Positions 61,956 through 64,000 of a DNA stretch of 64,000 nucleotides are shown here, piece by piece. Each line of letters opens with the position of its first letter. Positions within the stretch are counted from its first letter, which is position 1. Position numbers and translations under genes: made by a program. Source of the DNA: Candidatus Cybelea sp. (GTDB lineage Bacteria > Acidobacteriota > Terriglobia > Acidiferrales > UBA7541); contig DASPVZ010000007.1 in the NCBI GenBank assembly GCA_035622135.1, positions 13,635 through 77,634 on the forward strand. Direction: 5' to 3'. Under the pieces are notes generated by a model. It was not told the DNA's origin and did not search any database. It saw only the letters and a list, made by a program, of their open reading frames with translations.

Positions 61956-62342
61956 CTACTTGATCTCGACCTTGGCCCCGGCGTCTTCGAACTTCTTCTT
62001 GATTGCCGCGGCTTCGTCCTTGTTGACTCCCTCCTTCACCGTCTTGGGAGCGCCGTCGACCAGATCCTTGGCTTCTTTCAGGCCCAGGCTGGTGACCTCG
62101 CGAACCGCTTTAATCACGTTGATCTTGTTCGCGCCGACTTCGGTGAGAACGACGGCGAACTCCGTCTTCTCTTCCGCCGGCGCGGCGGCCGCGCCGCCAC
62201 CCGCGCCACCCGCCATTACCACGGGAGCCGCTGCAGCAGCCGAGACGCCGAACGTTTCTTCCATCTTCTTGACCAGATCGGAAGCCTCGAGCAGCGTCAG
62301 GCCCTTGATTTCCTCCAGGATCGTTTCCACCTTGCTAGCCAT
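61956..62342 (-). CDS. rplL: 50S ribosomal protein L7/L12
   Basis: 128 aa. Ala-rich hinge [25 protein letters not shown] and a C-terminal domain [23 protein letters not shown]. Confidence 0.97.
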   Translation of the reverse strand: MASKVETILEEIKGLTLLEASDLVKKMEETFGVSAAAAAPVVMAGGAGGGAAAAPAEEKTEFAVVLTEVGANKINVIKAVREVTSLGLKEAKDLVDGAPKTVKEGVNKDEAAAIKKKFEDAGAKVEIK

Positions 62343-62388
62343 TGCGTTTCCTATCCTCCTCCGAAAATTGAAACTCGAATCAGACCGA

Positions 62389-62949
62389 CTACGGAGCCGT
62401 TTCGGGTGCTGGCGCGCCCTGGCCAGCCCCGAACTTGTTTTCCTTCACCGCCTCGTTCATCACCACGGCGATATTCCGCGGCAGGGCCGCCAGACCGGTG
62501 GCCAGCCGCTGCGCCGGTGCGCTGAGCAGAAACATGATCTTGCTGATCAGCTCCTCCCTGCTCGGGAGCAAGGCGAGCTGGTTGATCTCCTGGATCGAAA
62601 CGACGCGGCCCTCAACCCACCCCGCCCGGAACTGAAAGGCCGGGACATCCTTGGCCACCTTGGTTAGCACCTTGGCGAGCGCCACCGGGTCCAGCTTTGT
62701 ATAGGCGATCGAATTGGTGCCTTTCAGATTGTTGAGCAGAGAGGCGGCCGGCGTTCCTTCGGCCGCGCGCTCGGCCACACTGTTCTTCACGACTTCATAC
62801 TTGCCGCCCGCAGCCTCGACCTGCCGGCGCAGCTTCGTGTCCTGCTCGACCGTGATGCCCTGAAAGGTCGACAGGATGACGGTCGAAACGTTGGCCAGCT
62901 GCGCCCGAAGCCCTACGGCTTGCTCCTTCTTTTCCGCCTTCCGTCTCAT
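62389..62949 (-). CDS. rplJ: 50S ribosomal protein L10
   Basis: 186 aa. [18 protein letters not shown]...; position between rplA and rplL. Confidence 0.95.
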   Translation of the reverse strand: MRRKAEKKEQAVGLRAQLANVSTVILSTFQGITVEQDTKLRRQVEAAGGKYEVVKNSVAERAAEGTPAASLLNNLKGTNSIAYTKLDPVALAKVLTKVAKDVPAFQFRAGWVEGRVVSIQEINQLALLPSREELISKIMFLLSAPAQRLATGLAALPRNIAVVMNEAVKENKFGAGQGAPAPETAP

Positions 62950-62970
62950 CCCTACTTCGCCTCCGACTCG

Positions 62971-63693
62971 CTACGCCGCAACGGCGACCGCGGTATCCGC
63001 CTCGGAATGATCGATCAGGATCCCGGGGCCCATCGTGGAAGTCAGCGTAATCTTCTTGACGTACTTGCCCTTGGCCGCGGCCGGCTTCGCCTTTATCACA
63101 GCCGAAAGCAGTGCCTGCGCGTTCTCTGCAAGATTCTTGGCCGGGAAGCTAATCTTGCCGACCGGGGAATGAATCAGCCCCGTCTTATCGAGCCGAAACT
63201 CGACTTTGCCGGCTTTGATTTCCTTGACTGCGCGGGCGATCTCGAACGTCACCGTGCCCGTCTTCGGATTGGGCATCAGCCCGCGCGGACCGAGAACCTT
63301 TCCCAATCGCCCGGCGGACCGCATCATATCCGGCGTGGCGATCACGGCTTCGAAATCGATCCAGCCCTCCTGGATCTTCTGAACCATGTCTTCCCCGCCG
63401 ACAAAATCGGCGCCTGCCTCCTGCGCCTCGCGGACCTTTTCCCCGCTCGCAATCACCAGAACCCGCTTCGATTTGCCGAGCCCGTGCGGGAGCACCACGG
63501 TCCCGCGAACCATCTGGTCGGACTGCTTCGGATCGACGCCCAGATTCAGCACCAGTTCGACCGTTTCGTCGAACTTGACAAAGTGCGCCTTGCGAAGCAG
63601 CTCGGCCGCCTCCTCGAGCTTGTAGGGACGCGCCTCAACCAGTTTCCGCGCCCGATCAATGTTCTTGCCCCCCTGTTTTCCGTTGCGGGCCAT
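62971..63693 (-). CDS. rplA: 50S ribosomal protein L1
   Basis: 240 aa. [31 protein letters not shown], and [15 protein letters not shown]. Confidence 0.97.
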   Translation of the reverse strand: MARNGKQGGKNIDRARKLVEARPYKLEEAAELLRKAHFVKFDETVELVLNLGVDPKQSDQMVRGTVVLPHGLGKSKRVLVIASGEKVREAQEAGADFVGGEDMVQKIQEGWIDFEAVIATPDMMRSAGRLGKVLGPRGLMPNPKTGTVTFEIARAVKEIKAGKVEFRLDKTGLIHSPVGKISFPAKNLAENAQALLSAVIKAKPAAAKGKYVKKITLTSTMGPGILIDHSEADTAVAVAA

Positions 63694-63749
63694 GATCCCT
63701 TCCCTGCCTCCTGTGCTCGTGCCGGCGACCCCTGCGGGGTTCTGCTTCG

Positions 63750-64000
63750 CTAATCGGTAACTTCGATACCCATGTTGCGGGCCGTGCCCATCACCGAGCG
63801 CATCGCCGACTCAAGATTTGTGGTGTTCAGGTCGGGCAATTTGGTGCGCGCAATGTCCTCGACCTGCTTGCGCGTAACCTTGGCCACCTTGTTGCGGTTC
63901 GGCTCGGGCGAGCCCTTCACGATCCCCGCGGCGCGCTTCAGGAGCTCGGAAGCGGGCGGGGTTTTCAGAATGAATGTGAACGTGCGGTCGCTGTACACGG
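63750..64000 (-). CDS. rplK: 50S ribosomal protein L11 (3' part; 5' end beyond the window)
   Basis: The C-terminal sequence [20 protein letters not shown]...[18 protein letters not shown] is typical L11. The reading frame is open to the window edge. Confidence 0.93.
   Translation of the reverse strand, partial: VYSDRTFTFILKTPPASELLKRAAGIVKGSPEPNRNKVAKVTRKQVEDIARTKLPDLNTTNLESAMRSVMGTARNMGIEVTD

Noticed and set aside
62950-62970. Looked for an L10 (rplJ) leader between rplA and rplJ, and for an FMN riboswitch upstream of ribD (22547-22623)
   Set aside because: The rplA-rplJ gap is only 21 nt and ribD begins within ftsY. Neither space can hold the corresponding structured leader.

Overview
High-GC chromosomal window. 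Hand counts of single 60-nt lines give about 63% GC in lhr and rpoC, and about 45-52% in the TonB-receptor/nikR segment. It is most likely from an Acidobacteriota genome: two ADOP-type duplicated MacB-like orphan permeases, an acidobacterial-type VWFA protein, and a CarboxypepD_reg-type TonB-dependent receptor. I call 48 protein-coding genes (2 truncated by the window edges), one tRNA-Val(CAC), one clear intrinsic terminator, and a few low-confidence regulatory candidates. Most genes are on the minus strand and most are housekeeping: rplK-rplA-rplJ-rplL-rpoB-rpoC, gatCA, ribD-ribE, ftsY, plsY, thpR, cinA, rimO, yacG, pgpA, mutY, lhr and mobA. There is also an EPS export pair (Wza/Wzc-like) at the left edge, a MoxR/DUF58/transglutaminase set, an HD-GYP sensor, a PAS hybrid histidine kinase and several uncharacterised exported proteins. 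I saw no transposase, integrase, phage gene, CRISPR array or recognisable defence/toxin module. I could not identify a convincing self-contained novel multi-gene system. The strongest leads are: (1) a Cys8 tandem zinc-ribbon-like insertion near the N-terminus of RpoB; (2) a lower-GC TonB-receptor/NikR divergent pair next to tRNA-Val, with a dyad-symmetric operator candidate; (3) an MlaF-like ABC ATPase with a degenerate signature motif that is GTGA-coupled to an APC permease and lies two genes downstream of an 'orphan' ADOP permease; (4) a zinc-ribbon/TM/pilin-like fusion inside a run of four uncharacterised envelope proteins; (5) a MoxR-DUF58-transglutaminase set split by mutY and an opposite-strand gene. 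The ORF track uses ATG/GTG/TTG and reports the longest ORF, so several starts were moved inward. All start calls remain predictions.
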